From Octopus sinensis (Eukaryota): DNA of 64,000 nt. How positions within the stretch are numbered: the stretch's first letter is position 1; each line of letters starts with the position of its first letter. The stretch is taken from assembly GCF_006345805.1 (NCBI RefSeq), contig NC_043012.1, forward strand, positions 34,720,001-34,784,000. Reading direction: 5' to 3'. This document shows positions 12,871-25,923 of this stretch, piece after piece. The position numbers and the translations under genes were made by a program. The notes below the pieces were generated by a model that did no database searches, was not told the origin of the DNA, and saw only the letters and a list, made by a program, of their open reading frames with translations.

Positions 12871-13295
12871 GGGGTAGGTGGCCAGGTCTTTCCCCAGGCC
12901 AGAGCCGTTTAGCCAGCATACTTACCATATGCCGTTTCCACCCCCGGCACCACGGTGAGGAGAACGGTTGGACTTTGAAGGGGGATCTATCTATATATAT
13001 ATATTGTAAATATAATTAAAAGGGCAGGCAACAAGTTGCTCTGCCGCATACCGAAGGAATTAGAAATGGCAGTCAAAGACTGTTTATTTCCATTTTCTAC
13101 AAGTAGAGGCTCCATATACGACACAACCCTGCGATTCACATACGCAAAATCGGAGTAGTAAATAAACGAAAACAATCTCTTACCGTTAATGGCGAACATG
13201 TTTCTAGATCGTAGGCTAGAAATTACCTAATTTCTTTCGTCAGCACCATATTCGATAGATTTATCAAATGCCACCAGCCTCCACACACACACACA

Positions 13296-13326
<31 letters not shown>

Positions 13327-13328
13327 CA

Positions 13329-13381
<53 letters not shown>

Positions 13382-13385
13382 GTAT

Positions 13386-13421
<36 letters not shown>

Positions 13422-13611
13422 ACGAAGCGTACACAAAAAGTATTTCAAAACTGTTTCACTGATATAAAAGTGAAATAAAAAACAATCACGAACAAGCAAA
13501 AACAAAAAGGAGACAAAGAAAAAAAGAGATTGAAAATTGGAAGTAAAAAGAAGAAAAGTAGAAAAAGGAATGAAATACATTATTATTATTGTTGTTGTTG
13601 TTATTATTATT

Positions 13612-14175
13612 ACTGAGTGACAAAGCGGTGCATGCCTTCAAAGTAACACTGGGGTACAAATATACGAAGCCCAATATACCCATCATGACTACCCGTCTGA
13701 TAAGGGTACACCAGGCACATGCATCACAACCATATGTGCGCGACATAGTGATCTCATATCAAGATAAACAGCGCATGACCTTACAGGTGGGGCAGGTTAG
13801 AATTTTCTTAAGGTTGAGTAGCACATCCCGCTCAAAAGGTACCTGAATAGGGCTTGTTTAAAGATGATGAACAAAACACCCATGTTTCCAGAAGTGAATT
13901 GTTCAAACCCCAAAGAATCCCTCTCAACACATGGCTATGATACTCCCCCACTACTTCTGCTCGTGATCAGAGATGCACATATCGTCAGCCACTAAGGGAC
14001 ATGCTCGACTGGTTATGGTCAAGAAACTGACAAGCAAATCTGTGGTATTAGGCAGATTATTTGCTGTAGCCCATCTTTTTATACCAAGGCAAAACAATGT
14101 ACATGATAACACTTCCAATCAGTTAAGATCAGAAGCCATGAGAGCCACTACCTGGTACTGCTTCAGGGCATTTTT
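13612..14175. mobile_element. Probable non-coding interspersed repeat inserted in an (ATT)n tract
   Basis: ~560-bp non-coding block bounded on both sides by ATT/GTT runs. Single copy here; assignment rests on context and recollection of octopus repeats. Confidence 0.35.
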
Positions 14176-14227
14176 TGTTATCATCATTATTATCATCACT
14201 ATAATTATCATTATTATTATTCCTTCG

Positions 14228-14400
14228 TAACACAGTGTAGGTAAAAATGCACCGGAGTCTTTAGTCATCTGTCAAGTCACAACAAGGATCTCAGACAGAT
14301 AATGCGTTCCTTAAGATGTGCACTGTGCCCAATAAGGCTGCTTTTCGCAAGACATCAATCTTGTAGGGGATTTCCAGTTACCTTAAGAAGTTTCAATGGG
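14228..14400 (-). mobile_element. Dong/R4-like LINE 3' stub
   Basis: Minus reads IGALGSIPLKLLK...GHSAHL (cf. GALG...LLGTAHIL at the end of the RLE domain); flanked by (ATT)n. Confidence 0.6.
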
Positions 14401-14441
14401 ATTGAGCCCAACGCTCCGATTATTATTATCATTATCATCAC

Positions 14442-14509
<68 letters not shown>

Positions 14510-14859
14510 GTGTTGTTGTTGTTATTATTATTATTATTAAGGCTGCGAGCTGGCAGAATGGTTAGCACGCCGGGCAAAATGCTTTCGTCTGTGTTCACGT
14601 TCTGGGTTCAAATTCCACCGAGGTCGACTTTGCCTTTCATCATTTCAGGGTCGATAAAATAAGTACCAGTGAAATACTGGGGTCGATGTCATTGACTAGT
14701 CCCCTCCCCCAAAATTTCAGGCTTTGTGCCTTCAATAGAAAGGATCATCATTATTATTATTTTATTATTATTATTATTATATTATTATTATTATTTTATT
14801 ATTATTATATTATTATTATATTATTATATTATTATTATTATTATTAATTATTATTATTA

Positions 14860-14893
<34 letters not shown>

Positions 14894-14974
14894 TATTATT
14901 ATTATTATTATTATTTTATTATTATTATATTATTATTATTATTATTATATATTATTATTATTATTTTATTATTA

Positions 14975-15011
<37 letters not shown>

Positions 15012-15045
15012 GTTGTTGTTGTTGTTGTTGTTGTCTTTGCACAGC
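14400..15045. repeat. (ATT)n/(GTT)n arrays with an inserted SINE A (14538-14745, +)
   Basis: Directly visible. SINE head AAGGCTGCGAGCTGGCAG, tail CCTTCAATAGAAAGGAT followed by ATT repeats. Confidence 0.9.
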
Positions 15046-15224
15046 TTCTAACGCTAGAGATGTACTGTGGTGTCAGCTGTTCACTACCATTGAACTAAGG
15101 TAACACCCCTTATTTTTCGAGCACCACCCGGAGTATTTGAGCGGTTCCAAGTAGTGCCGTTTTCTGCAAGTGGCATAAATTCCACCCCCTCCTCCTCCTC
15201 CTCATCATCATCATCATTATGACA

Positions 15225-15345
15225 GTGAACTGGTAGAATCGTTAGCTCGCTGGACGAAATGCTTAGCGACATTTCGCCCGTCTTTACGCTGTGAGTTCAA
15301 ATTCCGCCGAGGTCGACTTTGTCCTTCATCTTTTCGAGGTCGATT
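15225..15345 (+). mobile_element. Partial SINE family A
   Basis: GAACTGGTAGAATCGTTAGC...GAGTTCAAATTCCGCCGAGGTCGAC. Confidence 0.75.
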
Positions 15346-15365
15346 TCTTTGTAAGGCCTTAAATA

Positions 15366-15432
<67 letters not shown>

Positions 15433-15433
<1 letters not shown>

Positions 15434-15640
15434 TATGTTTGACTTTTGCTTTACATTTGTACAAGTTGGCTCCAAGTCTCACCCAGAGACCTCAAGAGAC
15501 AACAAGTTGGAAGTTCATGTTGGTTTTATGCCTAGGGTGCCATATATTTGGTTTTGTACATAGTGTTGTTCTAGAGAATGTTTAAGAAACCATAAGAAAA
15601 TTATGTTTGTTTTAAAACTTAAGATTACATAGAAAGTTTA
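15433..15640 (-). mobile_element. Probable Dong/R4-type 3' UTR stub
   Basis: Minus ends GAGGTCTCTGGGTGAGACTTGG...CAAACATAG followed by (AAT)n; sandwiched between ATT arrays. Confidence 0.4.
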
Positions 15641-15649
15641 TTATTATCA

Positions 15650-15723
<74 letters not shown>

Positions 15724-15726
<3 letters not shown>

Positions 15727-17182
15727 TATTTTTATTTTTATATCGTGCTTTCACTTCACTACCAAGCGCAGCTCTGTGTGCCTTGGGTATGTACTGTAGT
15801 TTGTTGTGATGCTCTTATAGTTACTGTATTGAGAGTGTTTTGCGTAGGATGTGTGCAGTGCCCAGTAGTGCAATTTTCTGTATGTTATATATATTTGTTA
15901 GCCCTGGTGTTTTTGTTATGTATTTATCTGAATATTTTTTTATCATACCTAATGCACCTACTATGATATGAATTGTTTCTGTTTTAGATTCCACATCCGA
16001 GTTACCTCTATTTCCAGGTCTTTGTATTTTGAAAGTTTCTCCATTTCTTTTAGAGACACGTTGTCATCTGCTGGTATTGATACATCAATTAGAAAGCATT
16101 TTTATCTTCATGATCTCTGACAGCTATATCTGGCCTATTGGCCTTAATTTCTCTATCTGTGTGTTTAGGCATATCCCAAAGTATGGTTGCTTTCTCGTTT
16201 TCTGTGACCTTTTCTGGCGTGTGCCTATACCATCTTTTTTCTGTTGTTATTCCATAGTGTTGGCATAGCTTCCAGTGTATGTAGGTCCCAACTCTGTCGT
16301 GTCTGTGAGTATATTCCTTCTTAGCCAGGACTGGGCAGCCAGAGATAATATGATTTATTGTTTCTTGTCCATTTCCACAAATTCAGCAGTTACTTGTTAT
16401 GTTTTTTTTTCATTATATGTTTTTGCTAATTTCTGGTGGGGAGGCTTTGGTCTTGTGCTGCAATTAAAAGTCCCTCTGTCTCTGCTTTGAGTCCTGAACT
16501 TCTCAACCATTGCTGGGACTTTTCTCTGTCTATTTCTTTTGCGTTTAGTTTAGTCCAGAATTTGCCATGAAGGGGCTTTTCTTGCCATCGTTTTATCATG
16601 GTTCGTTGCTGTTCTAGTTTTAGTTTGGTTTTCAATTGTTTTATAGCTTTTGTTATTTCTTCTTCTTCTTCTTCTTCTTCTTCTTCATCTTTTCTTCTTC
16701 TTCTTCTTCTTTTCTTCTTCTTCTTCTTCTTCTTCTTCTTCTTTTTCTTCTTCTTCATATTTGTTAGGTAGTATGATTTCTTGTTTGTATTTGTCAGCTT
16801 TCTTAAATACTGAGAACAGTTTTTTTGTTTTGCTCGTGTTTTGCGGCTATTTGTATCAGTTTTCCTTGCTTCTGAAGTAGGTATTTTTGCAGTCCTATGG
16901 TGGTTATTTTATAATAGTTTTCCATCTGTATAAGGCCTCTACTACTTTCTATACGTTGTATATATAGCCTTTCTATGTCAGATTTTGGATGGTGCATCCT
17001 AGATCCTGTCATTATTTTTCTTGTTTTCCTGTCTATTTTGGTCAGTTCATTTAGTGTCCATTTAAGGATATTATAGCTGTAACTTATAACTGGGACGGCT
17101 AAAGTGTTAATACCTATTATCTTGTTTTTAGCATTAAGCTCTGTTTTTAGTATTGATCTAACTCGTCTATAGTATTCTTTCT
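15724..17182 (-). mobile_element. Dong/R4-clade non-LTR retrotransposon (RT C-terminus plus RLE), 5'-truncated, degraded
   Basis: KKEYYRRVRSILKTELNAKNKIIGINTLAVPV...MHHPKSDIERLY; WLRSSGLKAETEGLLIAAQDQSL; KYKDLEIEVTRMWNL...VGALG; IQKIALLGTAHILRKTL*. Interrupted by a (TTC)n expansion; both ends in ATT repeats, the known Dong target type. Confidence 0.88.
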
Positions 17183-17184
17183 TC

Positions 17185-17257
<73 letters not shown>

Positions 17258-17271
17258 CATTATTATTATTT

Positions 17272-17720
17272 AAGGCGGCGAGCTGGCGGAATGATTAACG
17301 CGCCGGGCAAAATGCTTAGTGGCATTTGGTCTGTCTTTACGTTCTGAGTTCAAATTCCGCTGAGGTCGACTTTGTCTTTCATCTTTTCGTGATCGCTAAA
17401 TTAAGTAGCAGTGAAGCACTAAGGTCGATGTAATCGACTAATCCCCCTCCCCTCGAAATTTCGGGCCACGTGCCTTTGGTAGAAAGGACTATTATTGTTA
17501 TTATTTAAGGCGACGAGCTGGTAGAATCGTTACCGAGCCGGGTAAAATGCCTAGCGGCATTTCATCCGTCTTTACGGTCTGAGTTCAAATTCTGCCGAGA
17601 CCGACTTTACCTTTCATTCTTTCGGTATCGATAAAATAAGTACCAGCTGAGTAATAGTCGATATAAGCAACTATCCCCTTTCCCCAAATTTCAGGCCCTG
17701 TGCCTATAATAGAAAGGATT
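17272..17720 (+). mobile_element. Two adjacent SINE family A copies (type-1 tail)
   Basis: Heads at ~17272 and ~17508; each ends CCTTTGGTAGAAAGGA or CCTATAATAGAAAGGA followed by ATT repeats. Confidence 0.85.
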
Positions 17721-17739
17721 ATTATTATTATTATTATTA

Positions 17740-18075
17740 CTAGCACTAGTGCATGCATATACAGCTGCATGCGTACGCACATACACGTGAGTACTGTCCA
17801 AATCTCCAACCAATCACATACAGCTAGCTGGCATTCAATTGGCGTATCAAGTTTCGGGCATTTTGATTGGGTTTTGGATAGAAAATTCACAAAAAAGTCA
17901 CTTCTATTGAATGACTTTGGGGGTGACTGGGGAAATGTAAAGATGTGCACAACCACCCTTGGACGGTTTTGAATGACCATAGAAAGTGCGAGCCCTCTAA
18001 CTGAAAAATTGTGGATTTGTATAAAGGACACACACACAGACAGAGACAGACATGTTGCCGTTTATATATATAGAG

Positions 18076-18076
<1 letters not shown>
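17740..18076 (-). mobile_element. Non-autonomous Helitron, family H2
   Basis: Minus 5' TCTCTATATATA, 3' CTAG|T; inserted in the ATT tail of a SINE. Homologues at 43538-43893 and 47410-47769. Confidence 0.8.
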
Positions 18077-18135
<59 letters not shown>

Positions 18136-18466
18136 GTTATTATTATTATTATTATTATATTATTATTATTATTATTATTGTTGCTGTTGTTATTGTTGTT
18201 GTTGTTGTTGTTGTTGTTGTCGTTGATGATGTATTTTATCAGCGGATATAATTTTAATGATAGAATATGAGTAAAAATGAAAATATGTAGAAGTGTAGAA
18301 AAATAAACAACTCGAGTGTCCAGATAGTGTGGAATGTGCACTGGTTAATATTTAGGAACGTTCAGCTTTAACACGAACATATGGCAAAGGCAGATATAAT
18401 TCTACATCTAAATATATCAAATTTCGAGAATAAAAGAAAGAAAAAAAGAGAGAAGACAGAGGAAAA

Positions 18467-18522
<56 letters not shown>

Positions 18523-19339
18523 AAAAATTGGAAGAAAGAAAATGCATACACACACAGACGTACACAGTTTGTCGCTTATACACATAAATTAGCAGACATT
18601 TATATACATATGAAAGACATGTTATACACGCCCTAGAGATACATACGTATATGTATATATATATATGTTTGCCTGTGTATATGTATTTTATGTGTTGTAT
18701 TTTCTTGTTTTTAATCGTCAGAAGTTACGAAGTGATTCGGGAGCCGAGAGTTTCGTGTTTGGCGCGTAGTAAACTGCATCAAAGTCTAGGAGTCTAACTA
18801 TAATTATATTTATCTCTGGAATATTCGAGAAAAAAAAAGATAGAATTTGGGTGGGGGTGGGGGGGGGGAATCACATGAATAATGTATAATTTTGCAAATA
18901 GTCTGCCCGTTAAGCAGTTCTGTAAAAACTAAATATATAAAAACAGAAATAAAAAAAATATAATAAAACACAAGAAGAAAGCACATGAACACGCGCAAAC
19001 ACGTGCAAATAAATGAATACGCATACATACACATATATACACACACACATATATACACACACACACACACAAATACACACACATATATACACACACACAC
19101 ACAAATACACAAACAGATATATATACATACATTCATTCCCCTCCACACATACACACGCATATATGTGTGTGTGTGTATGTGTGTTTTCATGAATGTATGT
19201 ATGCGTGCATGTATGTATGTACACACATGCACACACATGCACACGCATACACATGTGTTAATATAAGAATTAATGACTAACAAACCTCTGTATGTATATC
19301 AGCATGTATATAAGCCCACTCCTATATACACTAAAATCT

Positions 19340-19564
<225 letters not shown>

Positions 19565-19716
19565 CGTCTGCGGTGAAGTATCGTCATGTGCACACAAACA
19601 GTCTGAGACACATGTTTGTATATAAAAGACTGATTGAGAGAGAAAGTTACAAAACTTTATCTAACGATGGGAAGTTAAAAGTGTTTAAATTCTGTTTTTA
19701 ATCCCCCATGTTATCT

Positions 19717-20062
19717 TCTTGTCGTTAGATAACGCGTATAGCCGATAAGATAAGATGCTTTGCAAGACAGAGCATCTCTATTCTACCAAGTCTAGTTACT
19801 ATGCTTGCCGTGTCAACAAGGAATATTCGGATCTTTTCGCTTTGACCGGCAGATTTTTAAAATAATTTCTTTGTAACTAAACACTTTTAAACTTCGTATA
19901 CTGGTAGAATGTGTTACATAAAACATCTTTTTCTCTTGGCTTTCTTGAGAAAATTCTGTAGTTTGTAAGCTATTTGTTGTTTAATTTCTTGCATTTCGGC
20001 AATTTCAACCAATCAATGACGTCTATTGAGGTGAATTCAATTTCTGCCGTAGTTTGTCAACA
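19717..20062. repeat. ~345-bp block duplicated at 38927-39272 (111-bp unique flank plus MITE half)
   Basis: First ~150 bp identical between the two copies. Confidence 0.92.
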
Positions 20063-20117
20063 TTTTCCGAATATTCTGTATTGTCGCTACAAATGCTAGA
20101 AATAGTATTGGCCGAGT

Positions 20118-20295
20118 CTATGTCAGTAGAGACCTCCGGCGTTCTTGATCCGCGGACCATATCCCCTGTTCATCGTTTTGAGATAGTGTCCGCGGGTGCG
20201 AGCCCTGTAAGTCAGAGTGGCTGCTCCTGCTCATCTCCCTTGCTATCTTCCGGGGCAACGCTTTTCCGTTTTTTTCTGCTGGACCTTGAGGCCGT
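20118..20295 (-). CDS. Candidate terminal coding exon of an unidentified gene
   Basis: Minus acceptor AATTTCTTCTAATTCAG|A at 20296/20295; locally GC-rich; phase-1 frame open for 58 aa (RPQGPAEKNGKALPRKIAREMSRSSHSDLQGSHPRTLSQNDEQGIWSADQERRRSLLT*). No homology recognised. Confidence 0.35.
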
Positions 20296-21149
20296 CTGAA
20301 TTAGAAGAAATTCTACGTTCCACTACTTAATGTAAAGTTATTTCATATATATATATATATATATAAAGATCATCGGTCACTTAACGTTTCTAACTCCTAT
20401 TACTTCAAAAAAGACTAGTCATATTACAAAAAAAAAAAAAGAAAAAAAGAAAGGAAAGACAGGAAGCTCTCAGCTAGAATGTCTTTGATCGTGTTTTCTA
20501 AATCAGAATTAGCTTGGGGTTAGGCCACAATAACATCTATACTTATGAGACAATCATTTCTTGAGTCAGAGATACGTCTCTTATCTGTAGTATTGAAATC
20601 TGTAACTGAGGTATTCAATACATAACAACCAAGTCCAAAGAGATCGATCGATATCATGTCTACGTTAGAGATATATAACTCTCAACATCTCACATCTGCA
20701 TGGCTCTATATTGTGTTCAGCTTCAGATCAATTCACCTCTAACAGTTAAGTCTACATTGGCCCATATCGTGTCTATGGCCAGAATACTTAACCTTCAATA
20801 ACGAAAGCCACAAGCTTTATCTGATTCATATTAGAGATATTTAGCTCTCAGCAACCAAATGCGCAGAGTTTTATGTTGGCTCCACTTTTATTATTATTCT
20901 GTCTGTAAAGTAATGAAAATAACGAATATTTTTTCCTCATTTGCAGAAATGAATTATGTATGTTTTTCAATGAGAAACGTTATTTGCAACAAACCCACTT
21001 ATAAGGGAGACATATTTTTCACTTCTCAATTTATTTGCTTAATAAATCAGAGGTAAACTCAATGAACCTCTGTGATTTCGAAATGATTAGAAACCGAAAT
21101 GAGATTGTTCTTTCTACCTGCTTTGAAGTATTGAGTATCTAGAAGAAAT

Positions 21150-21840
21150 TTCTCTCACTTGACCAGACACTCAAGTCTTGAAGATTTGCTTCACTACAAG
21201 CAAACAAAACTCCTGATATTTATATATCACCTTAATCCATGGATGGACTGCACTTAGGATGCCAGATAATTCAATATAGTTGGTCAAAATGCTATCCATA
21301 GTCCAAGGTAGTACACTTGCTGCTGGACGTGTCTCATCGGGGCAACTATATTGCAGGGCCATAAGATATCCCCATTAAGGATTTGAAAGAATTTAAAGCA
21401 ACCAAAGAATTTGAAGTACCAGACATTCTCTTACAAAACTTGCATAAATTTCCTTAGTTTCCTAGACTCTCATGTTCAGTGCCAGGTTTTAATCAGCAGA
21501 ACGTATCGCCAATCTCTGCTCGTCTCCACTCTATTCTGAGTGGTATTGACCAGATCTATTAAAGTTGTGATGTCTGGAATTTTTTATGATTTTGATGGAA
21601 CCGTAGACAGAAATTCATTCATAAATGAAATGATTGTAGACTAAAGGGGTCCGCTGTCCTGGATAATATAGGAAGAGATATAGATTCCAAACTGGACATA
21701 TTTAAACTTGTTAAATTAGAAAATTCAAAATTTAGTTGCATTTTGGAATGACGAATCCTGGATTTCGGAATTTTAAATCAAGTTGGTGGGCAAGTTAGCA
21801 GTGAATGCTGAACCGAAGTCAATAAACAGTAATTATTATT
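21150..21840 (-). mobile_element. Degraded CR1/L2/Rex1-Babar-group LINE RT fragment
   Basis: Minus motifs in RT order: LFIDFGSAF, KIPDITTLIDLV (cf. KFADDTT), ETKEI (cf. KTKEM), QVYYLG (cf. FKYLG). Many stops. Confidence 0.5.
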
Positions 21841-22145
21841 CTTGTGGGTTTCTATCGTGACTTCATCGTTCTTTATAGAAATCTGCACTCACGATGGATA
21901 TTTCTCAATATCATTCTGAGAGTTTCCTGGCCCAGACAGATTCCAGATGGTTCGTTTGAAGTAGTTTTAGAGTACTACTCACTCACTGGTCTAACGGTTG
22001 GTTCCATTCGTTTGATGGGTGTTTTTAAAACAGGACCCGGGAACACTGAAAGGTAGTTTAAGGAATGATCGTGTTACTTTGCAAAATGTAAGCACCGGGA
22101 AAAAAATATTGATAAATTGTTACAGGCATGCCTGTGAGGTACGTA

Positions 22146-22514
22146 GGCGCAGGCGTGGTTGTGCGGTCAGAAGTTTGCTTCCCAGCCACATGGTTCTGGG
22201 TTCAGTTCCACTGTGTGGCACCTTGGGGATATGTCTTTTGCTACAGCGTCGGACCAACCAAAACCTTGTGAGTGGATTTAGTGGACAGAAACTGAAAGAA
22301 GCCCGTCGTGAGTGTGTGTGTGTCGTTGTGTTTGTAGTTGATCCAACCACGGCTTGAGAACCGGTGCTGGTATGTTTACGGCAAAAGGGACCAATAGAAT
22401 AAGCACCATGGTTTAAAAAGCAAAAACAACAAAAAATAAGTGCTGGGCTCAATTCGTTCGACTAAAATTCTTCAAGGCGGTGCTCCGACATAGCCACAGT
22501 CCAGTGACTTAAAC
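22146..22514 (+). mobile_element. SINE family B
   Basis: GGCGCAGGCGTGGTTGTGCGG head, GGCACCTTGGG core, GGCGGTGCTCC...CAGTGACT tail. Confidence 0.8.
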
Positions 22515-22539
22515 TATTCACCGATTTTGGAAATTTACG

Positions 22540-22613
<74 letters not shown>

Positions 22614-23189
22614 ATATATATATATATATATATTCATACACATGTATGTGCATCTGTATATGTGTATCAATGTATATATAGAGAGAGCTATAGATATATA
22701 TACCTACTAGCACACACATAAAGAGAGGGGGAGAGGGGGGCGTGGGAGCGAGGGAGGGAGGGATATAGAAAGGGAGGTGGGAGTGAAAATTGACTGAAGG
22801 ATTTTCTAATATATTTGAAAACATGGTTTCTGGTCCAAGGAAGTTTATGTAGATATTCAAAGCAATTCTGAAGCATGATTTGCAATTAAAATGAAAGAAG
22901 AAAATGTCTTCATTTCAATATAAGGAGAAATATAACCTTTGGTCTTTTAAATATACTCTTTAAAATATCTTGGAAATATTTAGGCCGATGAATAATTGAT
23001 GTCGACAATATTTTTCTAGTATTTTCATATTGTGAAAACAAAGAATTGTTTCTAGAGAATATGTTGAGTTCTTTTAATTGATTAAACTTCATCCTAAAAC
23101 GAGAATGGCAGAGTTCTTCTTATTTCTAGTTTGTATTCTATTTTAAATGAACAGTAGAAATTTTATATCTGAGATATCAAAAGTATATA

Positions 23190-23395
23190 TATATATAGGG
23201 AGAGTTTACGAAAAAACAAAAATCAAAAGACGAAGACAGGTGGTGTACAAAACAAATAGATGTATTAGTATAAGGCTCAGGAATAGAAAAAGTCTTTTAC
23301 GTTTCTTCTACATAAAGGGACACAGAAAAAACAAAGAGAGAAACAAGGAGAGAAAAAAATGTGTGTAGTGGCTAACGATCTATCATGGCGATATA
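23190..23395 (-). mobile_element. Short (TA)-embedded element, family E
   Basis: Reverse complement homologous to 56256-56470; its hammerhead-like stem II is deleted. Confidence 0.7.
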
Positions 23396-23399
23396 TTTA

Positions 23400-24256
23400 T
23401 TCCCCCAAATAACCGGAAACGTCTGTGGGACAAGCCCGTTGTAGTTCAGGCTTCCGCCGTCAGAAGCCACTTGTCCGGACCCTCAGCTCTCAGTCTGCCG
23501 ACTGTTGTTGTCCAGTCTAGTGGTACTGTCACGCGGTGCATCTTTGTTTTGCAGTGCTTCTCTCCTGTTCGTCGATTTTTGCGATGGCTGAAATGAAGGA
23601 ACAGCGAGCTTCCGTGAAATTATGTTTTCTGCTGGGAAAAACGGCGGCCGAAACAGTTGTTGTGCTTCAAACAGATTACAAGGATGCTACCATGAACAAA
23701 ACGCAAATTTACGAGTGGTTTCCACGCTCTAGGAATGGTTACTTGTCGCTTGAAGACCAACCTCGTCTAGGACGACTGTCGACCTCCCGAACGAATGAAG
23801 ACATCATGAAAATGCATGAACTGATCTTGGAGGACCGTCACCGAACAATTGACGAACTTGTTGATATGACTGATGTGTCCTGGAGCTTCTGCCAACGAAT
23901 ATTGGGCGTGGAATTGCGAATGAAAAGAGTTGCAGCAAAATTTGGACCTCGCTTGCTGAAGGAAGATCAAAAGTAGTCACGACTGAAAGAACAGCTGGAA
24001 GTTGATCTGGACCCTTTTGTCGAAAGTCATCAGTGGTGACGAAAGCTGGTGCAATGGAATTTGCAGATGTGGAAGAAGTGAGAAAAGATATCACTTCGCA
24101 AGGGTTCCAGCACTGCTTCGAATAGTGGAAAACGCACCTGGACCGATGCATGGCTCCAAGTGGAGAATACTTTGAAGGCGATAAAAGGGCAAACATGTAA
24201 AACTATGAAAATTAAATAATACTGCAAAATTCCGGTTTCTTTTGGCTACTCCCTCG
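23400..24256 (+). mobile_element. Mariner transposon, internally deleted
   Basis: ORF 23536-23976: EQRASVKLCFLLGKTAAET...IYEWF...LEDQPRLGR...MKRVAAKFGPRLL (Mos1/SETMAR HTH). Then ISGDESW, deletion, ...DRCMAPSGEYFEGD. Right TIR ends CCCTCG|TA (24257-8); left TIR partial (CCCCCAAATAACCGGAA). Confidence 0.92.
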
Positions 24257-24356
24257 TATTTACATACATACATACATACACACATACATACATACATACA
24301 TACATACATACATACATACATACATACATACATACATACATACATACATACATACA

Positions 24357-24750
24357 TGATGATGATGGCTGTCCCCTCGTTATCGAGTATGGCCATTGCA
24401 CGAAGCTTAACTGTTATTGGTGCTGTGATCGAATGTGACTTTTTAGCCCAGCCAAGATCTACAATGTCTTGTACAAAATTGGCAACTAAAACCTTTACCG
24501 GTAATAGCCGGCTGTAGTTGTAACTGGGCTTCATGTACCTTTGCATGTCGTTTAAGTCCTCTTGCCGAATTACACTCTCTTCCACATGCCCGACAAATAT
24601 GATTAGTAGGGTGTGTTACACCACCACCAGTGGCCAGGTTGTCACTCATCTGTCTCGTTTTATGACTACGAAGATGACTCTTGAGTCCAGCTTTACTGAG
24701 GCAGGGTCTTGCACAGACATTGCATGTCAGCATCAAAGGAAGACCCACAT
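24357..24750 (-). mobile_element. RTE-type LINE 3' end with three C2H2 zinc fingers and an (ATGT)n tail
   Basis: CNVCARPCLSKAGLKSHLRSH, CRACGRECNSARGLKRHAKVH, CQFCTRHCRSWLG(fs)LKSHIRSQH*; tail (CATA)n on plus at 24263-24356. Same 3' end at 34186-34265. Confidence 0.75.
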
Positions 24751-25923
24751 ACATACATGTGTGTGTATGCACATATGAAAGCCTGCTGATAAGATCTGTC
24801 TAGTTACAGAACTACTCTTTTTAATAGTATAAAGTTAGCGCAGCTGCTGGTTAAATAGGAAACGAAAACATCTCCTAACCTCTAGATGGTCGGCGGTCTG
24901 TATTAAAGACATGACAGCAAATACCTCTAGATATATGAAGTCACTATCAGAATCAGATCAGCGATTACCATCGGACAGATCAGTGATCCTCATCAAGGAT
25001 ATCCCAGTGGTCACTATTAGAGCATGTTAGTGGTCGCCATAAGAGATAGGACATCGATCATTATCAGAGACTATGTGGAGCAGCTACTGAGGCATCGCCT
25101 TGTCTTTTCTGCCAATTCAGCACCTTTCTAAACTGACCTCCAATACTAGGTTTGGATCAGTCAGGCCTTTACAATGATGCATAAAAGTGGTTAAGAAGCT
25201 TATGCTGTATATCTTCAAGACCACTTATCTCACGAAGCACCAAAGGATAGGATGCAATTAAACCTACAATTCCATTCGCACCAACAAATGTGACTTTTCC
25301 TTTTAAAACACTTAAGTTTCTGGATCACCTCATTTCGATCCGTCAATCAGTGGAGATACAGACGACAGAGATACAAGTGACAGAAATGACGAGTTATGGC
25401 GTCCATGATTTTCGCATCGACACTACGGAAGTAAACTCAAATTGAGAAATCTAATCTAAGTGAACTCTTCTCTTTACATACAACCACAAAATATGATCCA
25501 TTGAACCGACTTCAGGACACAACTGATAACTTATTTTCTTCAGTTTAGAGGAATAAAAATCAGCTGCGGTGGGACTTGAAAGTAAGGAAAAATATTAGAT
25601 ACGATCAGACGCGTGAATGTTTCTGTCACAACATTGATTTCTGAAACTGGGACAAGGGCTAACATTTTGAGTGAAAGTAGAAGCGATTAAACTAACCCTG
25701 GTACTTGACATCGACACCAGAAAGAATGAAAGACGAAGTTGATGTCGCCAGGGTTTCAAATCTCACCACGTACAATGTTAATACAAACGATTCTTGCTGT
25801 TAATGATTATGAAATAACGGATAACTGTTTCCGGTGGAGAAACTAGGAATGAAAGGACATATGTGGATTGAAATGAGATGAACTGTGGGAATAATTAGAA
25901 AAGGAAACAATTTGGGTAATTTT

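Noticed and set aside
12918-12926. ATACTTACC, resembling the U1 snRNA 5' end
   Set aside because: The following sequence does not match U1; at most a minus-strand splice donor without a convincing exon.
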